Assembly: GCA_001600815.1 (NCBI GenBank)
Contig: BCKZ01000015.1
Coordinates: forward strand, 248,001 to 312,000
Direction: 5' to 3'
From: Alloascoidea hylecoeti
Lineage: Eukaryota
DNA: 64,000 bases
The notes under the pieces were generated by a model. That model was given only the letters and a program-made list of their open reading frames with translations, made no database searches and was not told the origin of the DNA. Of this stretch, positions 33,497 through 45,774 are shown one piece after another. The translations under genes and the position numbers were made by a program. Position 1 is the first letter of the stretch; every line of letters begins with the position of its first letter.

Positions 33497-36032
33497 ATGT
33501 GAGTACTTATTGGGGTTTACAAATGCATTATACAATATATCTAATTATCTTTTTAATAAATATAGGTCACGAATAATAGTAAAAGATTTACCGAAATATG
33601 TTACGGAGGATAGATTAAGAGAACATTTTGGGAAAAAAGGAGGAATTACTGATATCAAATTAATGAGAAGAAGAGATGGAGAATCTCGTCGTTTTGCATT
33701 TATTGGTTATAAATCAGACGATTTTGCCTTAGATGCTGTCAAATACTTTGATAAGACGTTTATTGATACAACTAGAATTGCTGTTGAATCTGCGAAATCA
33801 TTTGCTGATGTATCTGTACCACGATCTTGGAAAGAGAGAAAAAGAACTATTGCAATGAGAGATGCCGAAAGGGATCAGAGGATTAAAGAAGAGGAAGAGC
33901 ATAGGAAAGAAATGGAAAAGGAAAAATGGAGAAGAAAGAAGCAGAAGTTCAATGATAATGAAGATGAAGATGAAGATGAAAAATTAAAAGAATTTTTAAC
34001 AACAATGAATCCAAACACTGTGAGGAAATACGGTGATGATAAGGATTTCAATAATGATCAAGAAGTGAATACTTCTAAAGAAGGGGAGGTAGCGGATCAT
34101 CAAATTCATAAAGAAGCAAACAAAGATGTGAATAGGAATGAAACTGATATAGAGATGACAACAGAGAAAGAAGAAATTGAATTAAAAAAAGAGGAAGAGA
34201 AGGAGGAGGATGGATATAAAGCAGCAGTTGATAATACGATATCTGATTTGGAATGGTTAAAATTAAGACGAACTCGAATCAAAGAAAATGAAGATGAAGA
34301 AGCTAAAGAAGACAACAATAGTAAACCAACGATAGAAGATAAAGTTACCGAAGTAACTACCGAAAAAGCTATCGAAGAATCTCCATTGCCTGAAGCTATA
34401 GATACGCCAGAAGAAAAAGCGATAAAAGTCATTTCAACAAATGGCCGTTTATTCTTAAGAAACATTTCATATGATGCAACAGAAGATGATTTTAAAATTT
34501 TATTTGAAAAATATGGCGAATTAACAGAAGTTCATGTACCAATTGATACAAAAACAAATAAATCAAAAGGTTTTGCATATATTCAATTTAAAATTTTCGA
34601 TGATGCTTGTAAAGCTTATTATGAATTAGATAAACAGATTTTTCAAGGTAGATTATTACATATTTTACCAGCACAGAAAAAACGGGAAAACAAATTAGAT
34701 GAGGAAGAATTAAAAAATTTACCATTGAAAAAACAAAATGAATTGAAAAGGAAATATGAAGCAGCAAAACAACAATTTTCGTGGAATTCATTGTATTTAA
34801 ATCAAGAAGCTGTTTTAGAAGCAGCTGCTGCAAAAATGGGTATTGATAAAACTGATATTATAAATCCGGACACTACAAATGGTGCTGTTAGACAAGCATT
34901 AGCTGAAGCGAGTATAATCAATGATGTACGAACTTTTTTTGAGACACATAAAGTTGATTTAACAAAATTTTCAGAAAAGGAAAAATCTGATACAGTTATC
35001 TTAGTTAAAAATATTCCTTTTGGCACAACCAGTGGAGAATTGGGTGAGTTGTTTAGTGAACATGGTCAATTAAGTAGAGTAATTGTCCCACCATCAGGTA
35101 CCATTGCTATAATTGAATTTAAAAACGCACCAGATGCTAGAACAGCTTTCGCAAGATTAGCATATAGAAGGTTTAAAACTTCTATCATATATCTTGAAAA
35201 GGGACCAAAAGACTTGTTTACAGCTGAAGCTTCTTTATCTGACAATGTGGAAAAGACTACAGATGGTAAAATCATAGAAATTGAAGATTCTGCATCAGTT
35301 TTCCCATCCGCCAAGGAAGAAGAGGACGCTGAAGAAGATTTATCTGGTCCTACTATATCATTATTTATCAAGAACATCAATTTCACTACTACAACTGCAG
35401 ATTTAAAAAATCTTTTTAAGCCCTTGGAAGGATTTGTTACGTGTCAGGTAAAGACGAAGCCAAATACTAAAAATCCAAGTAAACCCTTAAGCATGGGCTT
35501 TGGTTTTGTTGAATTCAGAACTAAAGAACAGGCTAAAGCAGCATTAAAAGCAATGGATGGATTCGTTTTGGCTAGCCATAAACTTCAAATTAAAATATCG
35601 CATCGAGAAGGGAGTAGTACTCAAGAATCATCTTCAGGAAGATCTAAAAAGAGACTACAATCTAAGATTATCATTAAGAATTTGCCATTTCAAGCAACAA
35701 GAAAAGAATTGGTTGAACTTTTGGGAGCATTTGGACAGCTTAAGAACGTCCGTGTTCCTAAGAAAATTGATAAGACAACTCGTGGTTTTGCATTTGCTGA
35801 ATTTATGATACCCAAAGAAGCAGAAACAGCCATGAATTCATTAAAGGGAACACATTTATATGGAAGAAAACTAATAATGGAATACGCAGAACATGATGCA
35901 TCTGATGTAAAAGAAGAGATTGAACGAATGCAAAAGAAGGTCAGATCTCAACAATCCAGAAGGGAGATTGCTTCGATTCAAAACATGTCCAATAGAAAGC
36001 GTGTTGAACTGGAAGGTGATGAGGATATGTAG
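33497..36032 (+). CDS. MRD1: Multi-RRM 40S biogenesis factor Mrd1; start codon split by intron 33499-33565
   Basis: AT|G TCA CGA gives MSRIIVKDLPKY. Five RRMs are recognisable (SRRFAFIGY, RLFLRNI, ILVKNIP, SMGFGFVEF, RGFAFAEF), plus FSWNSLY. Confidence 0.95.
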
Positions 36033-36429
36033 TCATGTAGACAGATGTATTGAATATCATCTTTCATGATGCAGTAAAAAACAGTATAGCTAAAAATATT
36101 TTTAGTATATTGAACATGCATATGCATAAAAAGAGGAACGGCTACACAAAGTTAAGCTTGTGTTCATCTCTCACCCCAACTGTGATCAACCAAAAGATAT
36201 CCTTCAATTGGCTAAATAATATATATATAGATCGATATGAACAAAATTATTTTAAAAACCCATAAGGAAGGAACTACAAAATTTGCATAGTTGTGTCCCA
36301 ACCACCTAAAAGCCAGCATTATCTTTGAATATGCAATCGTCATGATCTAGAGGTAAAGGGGTCTAATAAGAAAGTGTAAAAAAGTCCGACAAAAAACACG
36401 CGATATTCGGCCGTTGTGGAGAGATTTCG

Positions 36430-36600
36430 GGTGCCCTCCAGGAAAATTCAGAGAAATCTAAATAAATTGCCTTGAAGTCGATGCTAAATGCAGAACATAG
36501 AAAACGGATGCTCGAATCTGCCATAGATCATATTAATTGGACTGTAGATGATTGGAAACGTCTAATACCCTGAGATGAATCCTCTGTGTCAAAAATCAGC
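36430..36600 (+). mobile_element. Tc1-like transposase fragment (pseudogenised)
   Basis: 36481-36590 translates to MLNAEHRKRMLESAIDHINWTVDDWKRLIP*DESS, matching the Tc1 consensus L...H...RL.FA..H..WT..DW..V+.SDES, with a TGA in place of the Ser codon. Confidence 0.8.
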
Positions 36601-36899
36601 TCATAAGCTGCAAATGTTGGATATATTACACTCTTAGAACAGTTCACTAAAGAGTCGATTGGCTTTTTGGCGCAACTGGGAACAGGCACTTTGAACTTTA
36701 ACAACAAAAACTGTTTCCAACTACACGGCGACTGCACCAAATCTCTATTTTCGTTGTTTTTGTTTTTTGTATCTTGCCTAGCTGACTCTGTGTTGGTCAG
36801 CTCAACTCTTATAGTATCAATGGTGAAGCAGCAGTTGAAGAAGTGTTCCCAACTTTGACCATAGTAAAGGGGATTCGCTAATTACTCTGCTACTTTATT

Positions 36900-37560
36900 A
36901 CACAAAAATGGGGTGTGGGAACTAACAGAGAACCGATTTATTACATCGTCGACTAGTTGAGGGAGCGATTAAATACAGAGGAGTGAGCACCCTATCACTA
37001 ACCTTCAAACAAAAGCAAATATATCGGCCATCATGTTTGTGCCAATTCGGTTGGCGTACGTAGCATTGGCTGTAATGGCCCAAAATTATTACCTACCACA
37101 GCTCATTCAAAAAATTTGACGAGACGGGCTTTAAGCTGAGTGAGACAGCGGATAACTGGTACTGATTTTTCCTACAGAGGAGCCTGCTAGTCCTCAATTG
37201 GGTAGACGATGGCGTTCCACAGGTTTAACAAAACGATCTTCTACATAACATAATTAAGTCACCGACAGAAAAAGAAGAACTTCGATACCGCCCATTATTT
37301 GTACAAGGAGAACAGGATTTACTTCATATTTACTAGAATATTGGGGTTCTTTCCCAGGAAAATTTGGTGGCGATAATGACTGAAAACACAATGTTCGGAG
37401 ATGTATCCTAGATTTAGAGTTCACTATTAACGATCAACAAATAATTCAACTGTCACCCTTAAACAATTAGAGCTCTTGGAAAACAGAATAAAGCAGTCAA
37501 GTAAGGGTAGCAGATCCAAGGCAAATATGCTCATTGAATATCCAGTAGTTGGTGATGTCT
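36900..37560 (+). mobile_element. Degenerate pogo/Fot1-type transposase remnant
   Basis: FDETGFKL with DETGF at 37118-37132, and a VGTN-like motif upstream. The region is homologous to 19312-19394 in inverted orientation; frames are broken and boundaries approximate. Confidence 0.65.
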
Positions 37561-38286
37561 AGGAGGGCTCACGATAGACACAATCAAAAATAAAGTATAT
37601 AATAAGAATAAACTCTCCAACTTTGAACCGAAAAAAAAGAACAAGCAATATGTCAGGATATTACATTAGGATAAGTTGTTTAACTATAAGAAATACCCAA
37701 TGAATTCAAATTTTTTGGTAATATTGGTGGTTGATTTTTGTGTTTTGGGTGTCCAACCACCGTGGAGTGGTCAAGAAGAGTGTCAAGTTTATATATTTTT
37801 TGATTGATGGAGTATCTCTATTTATTCAATTTTTTTTTTGAGAAAGATGAAACGCAATATCCCAATCGGCATGTTCGATTAATTCATCTTGTGTTTTAAA
37901 TAACTTTTGACATTTTTGACATTCTAGGTCAACGTCACTAGCAAATAAACTGCTATTATCCTGTGGTTCATTCTCTTATATTGTCTATTGGTTGTTGTTT
38001 GTGTCCATTCTTCTTGTAACCTTTTTACATCAACGAATAATCGAATAATATATAAATTTGTAAGAAACTAATAATTGAAGATGATTGGGCAATTGTTTTA
38101 TTATCTTATTAATTCTAACAGGCTAATTTTGAAATTGTTTTGGTTTTTGAGATTCCTGTTGTATCCTAAATTTGCGACTTGAATTTACGAATTATATTAC
38201 CCCATTTTAAATTTTTCTCCAAAATTGAGATTTTTCAATTTGTTTTTTAAAATTTATTATTAAGCAGAATTTATTATCACCACAAG

Positions 38287-39375
38287 ATGAGTTCTTTTAT
38301 AAGAACACAGGGAAGGGGCTTTTTCTTCAGCAATCCGCCCATGATGGGAATGATTGGGGTCAAACCTCCGACTAGACTAGGAACAACGATCATGAGTTCG
38401 ATATCAAAGAAATGGCAATCTAAACCACCAACAGTCCTAAAAGCTTCATTGTTAATGTTTCCGACGGGAAAACCATCAATCACTTCACTTGGAAAGAACT
38501 TAAAAACCTTCAAATCATCCATTTTGAGTGATTTATTTATTGGTGCAAAGAAATCCTACAGTAATAGTACGAGAAAGATGGCAACATACGAAGTAACAGG
38601 AAGAACAAGAACGTCAAACGGTTTTAATAATAGTAAATGGTCAAAAATAAAGCACCCTTTATTGTTTACAATTATATTTTGTGGGGTTTCTACATTATTA
38701 ACACCTTATCTCCAATATGTGCCACCGTTTCAATATTTCAGAAAACATCCAGATCATCTTATATTTACTATTATGGGGATAAATACAGCTGTTTTTGGTC
38801 TATGGAGAATTGGTAATTCACAAATCGTATCAAGACTGTATAAATACGGTTTGCTGCACAAAGATTCTAATTTTAATTACTTCAGTATGATTGGAAGTGC
38901 TTTCAGTCATCAACAACTTTTCCATTTAGCAGCAAATATGCTTTGTTTTTATTCATTTAGCACAACAATTCTAAGATTTGTTGGGCCTGAATTCTTCACT
39001 ACAATGTATTTAAATAGTGCCGTTTTTTCATCATTAACATCATTTATGGCACCAATTTTAACTGGAGGTGCTTTAATTCCAAGTCTTGGAGCAAGTGGAG
39101 CAATTTATGCATTTTTTGGCACTTTTTCTTATTTAATTCCACATGCAAAATTGGCATTATTTTTCATTCCTTTGCCCGTCGGTGCCTGGGTAGTATTTTT
39201 ATGTGCCATGGGATTTGAATTTTCTTGTATTGTACTTAAAAGAGGAATATTTGATCATGCCGGCCATTTAGGTGGTGCTATATCTGGTATATTTTATGGA
39301 TGGTGGATTAAGAAGAAGTATAATGAACAACAAAAAAGACGAGAAGCTGAGAGATTAAGAATTTGGGGTCGATAA
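38287..39375 (+). CDS. PCP1: Mitochondrial rhomboid protease
   Basis: A basic presequence, then GSAFSHQQLFHLAANM, catalytic SLGASGA and FDHAGHLGG. Confidence 0.93.
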   Translation: MSSFIRTQGRGFFFSNPPMMGMIGVKPPTRLGTTIMSSISKKWQSKPPTVLKASLLMFPTGKPSITSLGKNLKTFKSSILSDLFIGAKKSYSNSTRKMATYEVTGRTRTSNGFNNSKWSKIKHPLLFTIIFCGVSTLLTPYLQYVPPFQYFRKHPDHLIFTIMGINTAVFGLWRIGNSQIVSRLYKYGLLHKDSNFNYFSMIGSAFSHQQLFHLAANMLCFYSFSTTILRFVGPEFFTTMYLNSAVFSSLTSFMAPILTGGALIPSLGASGAIYAFFGTFSYLIPHAKLALFFIPLPVGAWVVFLCAMGFEFSCIVLKRGIFDHAGHLGGAISGIFYGWWIKKKYNEQQKRREAERLRIWGR

Positions 39376-39408
39376 ATATATACATATATAAAATATTAAT
39401 TGCATTAA

Positions 39409-39960
39409 TTAATTTTCATTTTTTATTAAACCTTCTTTAACGATATAATTGTTCGCTTCATGTTCAGAGGCTAATTTTATTGGATCCCATTTAATAGCAT
39501 CTAAGCCCATTGCATTTTTAGTATCTGATTCAGCAATTTCATCAAACGATAATGGGCTCGGATCAGGAACCAACCTATTCAATGGCTTGTCAATATCATC
39601 AGTATTAACATTGTGAATCTGATTAAGAAACTGTAATTGATTATATAGAATCTGCACAAGGTGTTTCTTTTCAGTTTCATCTGACGGTTCACTAAAACCA
39701 GATAGTTTCATTAATTTTGGTAGTTTTTGTTCCAATTCTTTAAAAGTAGTGCTATTTTCAATTGATATTTGCGATTCATCTTCATTAAATGAAAATAAAT
39801 CGTTTATTGAATATTTTGTACTTTCAAGTAACCTATCTAGATCTTCAGACGTTTTGATTGGTTCACCAATCCTTGAGTTTGAAAATAAGCAATATGAACG
39901 GCAAAGAATCTTCGAGTATCTGAAAGAGGCTCTCACTACTTGTCTTGATAAAGGGGACAT
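39409..39960 (-). CDS. GTF1: Mitochondrial glutamyl-tRNA amidotransferase subunit F (GatF)
   Basis: Presequence, IG.PI.T..D+..LL, LMKLSG, L.NQL.F+..+H and a C-terminal YIVKEGL. It lies between PCP1 and NOP7, as YGR102C does. Confidence 0.8.
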   Translation of the reverse strand: MSPLSRQVVRASFRYSKILCRSYCLFSNSRIGEPIKTSEDLDRLLESTKYSINDLFSFNEDESQISIENSTTFKELEQKLPKLMKLSGFSEPSDETEKKHLVQILYNQLQFLNQIHNVNTDDIDKPLNRLVPDPSPLSFDEIAESDTKNAMGLDAIKWDPIKLASEHEANNYIVKEGLIKNEN

Positions 39961-40036
39961 TTTAGTGTGAATAATTCAATAATTCAATACATTTATAATT
40001 ATGCCTAGTAGTTAAGATTGAAATTTGGAGGTTAGT

Positions 40037-40114
40037 CCGGGTAATACTCATCAACATTTTCGGGCACATGACTTTTATGGGAAAAAAATTTTGTGAAGTG
40101 AAAGTGAAAAATTT
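40037..40114. promoter_or_regulatory. Reb1 site, PAC core and RRPE in the divergent GTF1/NOP7 promoter
   Basis: CCGGGTAA at 40037-40044, CTCATC at 40047-40052 and TGAAAAATTT at 40105-40114. Confidence 0.65.
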
Positions 40115-40161
40115 AACTCTTCTCTTCTTTAAAATTTAATTTTTTAATTGATCAAGCAAAT

Positions 40162-41985
40162 ATGCCGGGAGGAAAAAAGAAGCACCAGTCTGGAGCTTCC
40201 AAGAATTTTATAACAAGAACTCAAGCTGTTAATAAACTTCAAGTATCATTAGCTGACTTTAGAAGATTATGTATTTTCAAAGGAATCTATCCAAGAGAAC
40301 CAAGAAATAAAAAGAAGGCTAATAAAGGTTCAACAAAGGCAACTACTTTTTATTATTCAAAAGATATAGATTATTTACAGCATGAATTGGTTTTAGGTAA
40401 ATTCAGAGAGCATAAGGCTTTTGCTAAAAAATTAACCAGAGCTTTGGGAAGAGGAGAAGTTGGTGATGCAAAAAGATTAGATGATAATAGACCAAAATAT
40501 AAACTAGATCACATTATTAAAGAAAGATATCCAACATTTATGGACTCTATAAGAGATATTGATGATGCATTAAGTATGTTATTCTTATTCTCAGCAATGC
40601 CTGCAACAACAAGAATTTCTCATGCTGTAACTGCTGAGGCTGAAAAACTATGTAATCAATGGATGGCCTATGTTGCCAGAGAACACTTGTTAAGAAAAGT
40701 ATTTGTCAGTATTAAAGGTACTTATTATCAAGCGGTTATCAAGGGTGAGCCGGTATTGTGGTTAGTTCCTTTTAAATTCCCCCAAAATTTACCAAATGAT
40801 GTGGATTTTAAAATTATGTTAACATTTTTGGAATTTTATACAACTTTATTAAAATTTGTTTTATTCAAATTATATACTGATTCGGGTTTAGTATACCCCC
40901 CACCAGTTGATAGCAAAAAAATATCTGGTGTTGGTGGTATTAGTGCCTATGTTTTAGAAGCAAAATCTTCTGGCATTGAATCGGTTTTACCAGCTTTAAC
41001 TTCAAACAACTCAAATGGTTCAAACGATAATTTTGATAAGGCTGTTAAATCAATTGAGATGGATAAGGCTATTGCTGAAGATCTCAATAATGAAGATAAT
41101 GACGAAATTGAAGAAGATGAAGAAGAAAATGAAACCAAATTAGATTCTTTCACTGTCGTACAAGGTAAAAGTGTTACAGATTCGTTAGAACAACCAACTT
41201 TAGAAAGTGATTCAGTTGCTCAACTATTTAGTAAATTTGTCTTCTATATTGGAAGAGAAGTCCCATTAGATATATTAGAATTTTTGATTTCTAGTTGTGG
41301 TGCTATTGTTGTCTCTGAAAGTGCTTTAGATGAATTGATAGGACAAGATGAGGATGAAATTTCCCAAACTTCTAAAAATATGAGAGGTTATTTAGATAAA
41401 ATTACTCATCAAATTTGTGATAGACCTTCAGCACCAAATAAAGTACCTGGTAGAACATATGTTCAACCTCAATGGGTTTTTGATTCTATTAACAAAGGTG
41501 AACTTTTGCCTGTTAGTGATTATGCTCCTGGTGAAACATTACCCCCACATTTAAGTCCATGGGGTGACTCTGGTGGTTATGACCCAGAAGCTCCATTAGA
41601 AGCAGTCGAAGGTGAAGATGAAAATGAAGATGAAGATGAAGAAATTGAAGTAGAAGAAGATGATGAAGAGGAAGAAGAATTGGATGAAGCAGTTACAAAT
41701 CAACGTGAAATTGAACTTGAAGCAGCTGGTGTTAAATACTCTGAGGTAGCTGAAAAGAAGGATAATAAATCGAAGAACAGTAAAAAGAGATCAGCTTCTG
41801 ATAATTTATCTAGAGAAGAAAAAGAAGAAAAAGACTTGAGAAAGATGATGATGTCCAATAAACAAAAGAAATTGTATAATCAAATGCAATATAGTAATCA
41901 AAAGAAGGAAACAAGACAGGAGGATTTGAGAAAGAAGAAAAGAAAGATTGAAAAAACAAAAGGAAAGTTAAACCAGAAGAAATAA
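40162..41985 (+). CDS. NOP7: Pescadillo homologue (PeBoW complex)
   Basis: Motifs [31 protein letters not shown], a BRCT domain ([12 protein letters not shown]), LPPHLSPW and [10 protein letters not shown]. Confidence 0.97.
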   Translation: MPGGKKKHQSGASKNFITRTQAVNKLQVSLADFRRLCIFKGIYPREPRNKKKANKGSTKATTFYYSKDIDYLQHELVLGKFREHKAFAKKLTRALGRGEVGDAKRLDDNRPKYKLDHIIKERYPTFMDSIRDIDDALSMLFLFSAMPATTRISHAVTAEAEKLCNQWMAYVAREHLLRKVFVSIKGTYYQAVIKGEPVLWLVPFKFPQNLPNDVDFKIMLTFLEFYTTLLKFVLFKLYTDSGLVYPPPVDSKKISGVGGISAYVLEAKSSGIESVLPALTSNNSNGSNDNFDKAVKSIEMDKAIAEDLNNEDNDEIEEDEEENETKLDSFTVVQGKSVTDSLEQPTLESDSVAQLFSKFVFYIGREVPLDILEFLISSCGAIVVSESALDELIGQDEDEISQTSKNMRGYLDKITHQICDRPSAPNKVPGRTYVQPQWVFDSINKGELLPVSDYAPGETLPPHLSPWGDSGGYDPEAPLEAVEGEDENEDEDEEIEVEEDDEEEEELDEAVTNQREIELEAAGVKYSEVAEKKDNKSKNSKKRSASDNLSREEKEEKDLRKMMMSNKQKKLYNQMQYSNQKKETRQEDLRKKKRKIEKTKGKLNQKK

Positions 41986-42189
41986 ATGTATCTGTAATTA
42001 GATATTCGATTACAGCTATAAGATCTTATTAGAAGACGAAGAAAAGTTGCAGTTGAATATAAACTATAATTATTATTTTATTATATAATTTTTGTTTTTG
42101 AAATATTCGTTTTATGTGTTAGATAATGTATTTTTTTTTAAACAACCCTTTTGAAATGATTTGTTAGCCAATCATAAAATATATTAATA

Positions 42190-42991
42190 TCATTGCATTG
42201 CATTTCTATCAGGAATTTGTAGTTGAAATAATTCAATTAATTCATATCTCAATTTTTCTAATTCATTTGTACCTTTTGCAATACTATCTAAGTCCGTTAT
42301 TTTTTCAACATTAACATAGGCTTTTACAAAAAAAGTCCTCGCTGGATCAACTAATCGAACCTCCGATAAATTTGTAGTATTATTCTCATCTTTATCAATA
42401 ATCATATCTGTGTCACTACCATCGTTTTTAATATGTTTGCCAAAATATTTATATAATTTAAATATTTCAATTATTGTTGAACCATGATAAAATCTAATAC
42501 CTTTATTCCAGTATTCAAAACTGAATTTAAAACTTAATGATTTTATATAATTAAAAGCATTTCCTTGATCAATTGAACTTTCAAATATCGATTGTGATGA
42601 AACTTTTCTTTTGCCAGCTAATGGTATATCACTTATTGATAAACACCTGAATAAATTTTTATTGTGTTAGTATTAGTATCTTCAGTAAAACAATTTCAAA
42701 GGAGCAAACATACCACGATCGATCCACTATTGAATTTTGGGAATCTTTATAGCTCTTCGTTATTATTTGCGTTTCGTTATTATCAATAGATGTAATACCA
42801 GACGTTGATGTTAAGTGTATACGTCTTTGTCCTGTCGTTTGAGAATCTACAGATGGGTCTGAAAATGAAAACACCAGAGTATGAATGAAATAGGGCTGTG
42901 GATTCATGCCCGTCAAAGCTACAAGTGTTTCTATTGTAATTTGTTCCTGATATGGAGTGAAGGAAGAGACTAGACTTAATTGTTGAACCAT
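42190..42991 (-). CDS. SRB5: Mediator subunit Med18; 2 exons (42991-42714, 42646-42190)
   Basis: MVQQLSL..TLVALTG..W|CLSISDIPLAGKRKVSSQ..FEYWNKGIRFYHG..FFVKAYVNV..L.IPDRNAM. The intron is GTATGT..ACTAAC..CAG. Confidence 0.92.
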
Positions 42992-43134
42992 CGCTCGTAT
43001 AAGTTTTTATACTTAAACGTTGGGATGTGATGAAATATCGATGAGGTGGTGGAGGTTGAACCCAGATCATATAAGATCTTATACATAATATTAATACTCA
43101 CCATCTATAAATTGTATTTATCTATTTATGGCTA

Positions 43135-44454
43135 TCAATAAACATACGGAATTATTTTATAAGGCACCAATTCGCAATATTCTTTCCACGTTTTTCCATA
43201 TTTCACACTGCATTTGGCTTCATCTCGAGCCTGTCGGTGAAGCAGTAAAGTTGCAAAGTAAATAGGATAAAAGTAGGTCAAAGGAGTATTAAATCCAGTT
43301 GGTAGGCACATTGCCAAAGCCATTAACCAATCTCCAAAGTAATTGATATGCCTTGACATCCCCCACCAGCCAGATGTGATTAGTTTACTACCAGTTGGAG
43401 TTGAAATATATGTTAAATTTGAAGTCGATGGATCATTACTTTTAAATAAGCTCTTTTGTTTATTAGCACTATGGAAAATAAAATAACCAACCGCATATAA
43501 TCCAATGATGGCAGATGATGACGGTATTCCCAATTCAATTGGATTGTTTGCCAGATACCTTGCTTGCATTGTATAACTGAATGGAACCCAAGCTAAGTCA
43601 CCAAAACATAACATGAAACCAAATCCATCAGTGGTAATATCAATCATCGATATAACTCCTTCTTGATTCAATACGCCGTCAAAAATATAAAATCCTTGTA
43701 AAAGTAGAACAATGATCATTGAATCTGTTACCTTACCAAGTTCTAGATATTGATGATGAGCCAGGGCTAAATCAATAACTAACCATAATAATAAGCCAGG
43801 ATTTAATTCACAAAATAGTTTTATATCGAAATTACCAATTCTTGGATTTAATTCTCTTCCAATGAACCAGTCATAAATGAAATTCCCAGTATTACCACCC
43901 AATGCCAAAATCTTTTCGTTTGTATCCTTACCATTTTTACTATTTATTAATGGTACAAACGAAGCAATATAGCAATATGTCGCTAATAGAAATGAAAATA
44001 CTATTGTTACGCCGGTTAATGACAATAAATTTTCATAGACAACTATCAATTCGGGGATTTGACCATTTGTGTTATAAATCCGAGTTAGAAATACACCGCA
44101 AAGTAAAGTAAATAATAATTTCCCATTTATTTTATAATCCAATGTTGAACCATCTCTTAATTGAATACCTTTTAATTGTTTACCAGGTAAAATTCTATCT
44201 AAAACTGTAAGAAGTCCAAACCAATAGATATACATTTTCCATGCTTCAAAATTGAAAAAAACAGCTTCATAGCCTGGCCATTTAAGTAAAATCTGTTGCT
44301 TTGTTAATTCCCAGGATGATAGAGATGCTGGGCAGCCCTTATCATTACATGTTAAATACATTAAAGTGATTAAAGCTGGTAAACCAAAGGTGATCCCTAT
44401 CGCACCAATAACCCCACCAAATTCTGTATGTGTTGTTTTAGGATTCAGACCCAT
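43135..44454 (-). CDS. ERG24: Sterol C-14 reductase
   Basis: Motifs LNPKT..EFGG, GNTGNFIYDWFIGRELNPR, DITTDGFGFML.FGDL, LITSGWWG.SRHINYFGDW and PYKIIPYVY. Confidence 0.96.
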   Translation of the reverse strand: MGLNPKTTHTEFGGVIGAIGITFGLPALITLMYLTCNDKGCPASLSSWELTKQQILLKWPGYEAVFFNFEAWKMYIYWFGLLTVLDRILPGKQLKGIQLRDGSTLDYKINGKLLFTLLCGVFLTRIYNTNGQIPELIVVYENLLSLTGVTIVFSFLLATYCYIASFVPLINSKNGKDTNEKILALGGNTGNFIYDWFIGRELNPRIGNFDIKLFCELNPGLLLWLVIDLALAHHQYLELGKVTDSMIIVLLLQGFYIFDGVLNQEGVISMIDITTDGFGFMLCFGDLAWVPFSYTMQARYLANNPIELGIPSSSAIIGLYAVGYFIFHSANKQKSLFKSNDPSTSNLTYISTPTGSKLITSGWWGMSRHINYFGDWLMALAMCLPTGFNTPLTYFYPIYFATLLLHRQARDEAKCSVKYGKTWKEYCELVPYKIIPYVY

Positions 44455-44582
44455 TTTGTTATTTGTTTCTTTGCTTGGTGATCAATTGAATGTGAAAAAA
44501 GAAGGAGAGTAGAAATATATATCGGACATATATTTATACTTAATTGTTTGATCCAAGTTATATTTTCATGTAAACCGTTTAT

Positions 44583-44590
44583 TTACCCGG
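44583..44590 (+). promoter_or_regulatory. Reb1-like site upstream of ERG24
   Basis: TTACCCGG about 130 bp upstream of the ERG24 ATG. Confidence 0.5.
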
Positions 44591-44880
44591 GGTTGGTAAA
44601 GATCATACTATAGTTTTCAGCCAATTGGAATTTGGATCAACTAGCAAATATCGGAATAAGTCAAAAGATTAAATATAACTATTTACACTTATAATTATAT
44701 TATATTTCGCATTCATCTCAATACTAGAGCACTGATCATCTATTATCATCAGGCTATGTAATACATGCGTTACATTGTGTGAGTCCTATTTCAAAAGAAA
44801 TAATAAACAATATGATTTTTTTTAATTAAATGTAAATTTGTATATTTAATAAATATATATGAGAATGCTTCCTTTTTAAT

Positions 44881-45774
44881 TTACTGTTTGGTATAAATAT
44901 CTGGCTTTTTTTCAAATGATTTATAACTAATTTGTAAGTCGGATATCCATGATAAAGCAACAATTAAAACAGATACTAAGAATAATGAAACAAAAGTTCC
45001 CATGAAAATACCTGGGGTGAAAAATTGATATTTGGTAAACAAATTATCATTACCCGGAATAACTGGTTTAGTTGAATTTGACCTTAAAATTTTACTTGAT
45101 GGTGACCATGTTCTTGTATCTTTACCTAATGTTGGTTCTTCATAGAAAGTAGAAAAATAAACAACGAACAAATTATCTTTTCCAACAGTGTCCAAAGCAG
45201 CTTCAATAATATTATCGTGTGCTTCCAGTTGATTTAGTCTGTTATTAGTAACTGTAGTTAGTTCATCAAACCGAATAACGATAATATTCTTCTCGTTGGA
45301 ATTATTTTCAATTTCAAAAATTCTCTTTGTGTCTGCTGTTATAATTTCACCACCACAATTTTCTTTGATATAGGTCGCAAATTCTTCAATAGATAAAGAA
45401 TCTTCTTTACTTTGGGCGACATTTGAAATTATAGCAACATTATCATTCCCTGCATCTTTTAATAGTTTTGAGAAATTGGGAACATTTTTTGATAATGAAA
45501 TATCACCAGTATTAAGACCTGGGTTTTCAATAAGTATGAAGTTTGAAGTGACACTACAAAAATCATCTACTTTATCCTTGACGAGGGAAATAAACCCATC
45601 ACTTGATGAAGCAAATGATGAAGCATCTGATAATGGAACAAATGATATTGTATTTTGAGATTCGTCTTTGTTGGAGGTTGATAAGATTATTCCGGGAAGA
45701 CCACTTCTCAAGGCATTAACCGTAGTAAACCCAACAGTGGATATAATGATGGAGGTCCAGCTCGATAACTTCAT
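44881..45774 (-). CDS. VOA1: V-ATPase V0 assembly factor, Voa1/Ac45(ATP6AP1)-like type I membrane protein
   Basis: Signal peptide and C-terminal LFTKYQFFTPGIFMG..TM..WISDLQISYKSF motif. It lies in the PCP1-SRB5 syntenic block (YGR106C). Confidence 0.75.
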   Translation of the reverse strand: MKLSSWTSIIISTVGFTTVNALRSGLPGIILSTSNKDESQNTISFVPLSDASSFASSSDGFISLVKDKVDDFCSVTSNFILIENPGLNTGDISLSKNVPNFSKLLKDAGNDNVAIISNVAQSKEDSLSIEEFATYIKENCGGEIITADTKRIFEIENNSNEKNIIVIRFDELTTVTNNRLNQLEAHDNIIEAALDTVGKDNLFVVYFSTFYEEPTLGKDTRTWSPSSKILRSNSTKPVIPGNDNLFTKYQFFTPGIFMGTFVSLFLVSVLIVALSWISDLQISYKSFEKKPDIYTKQ

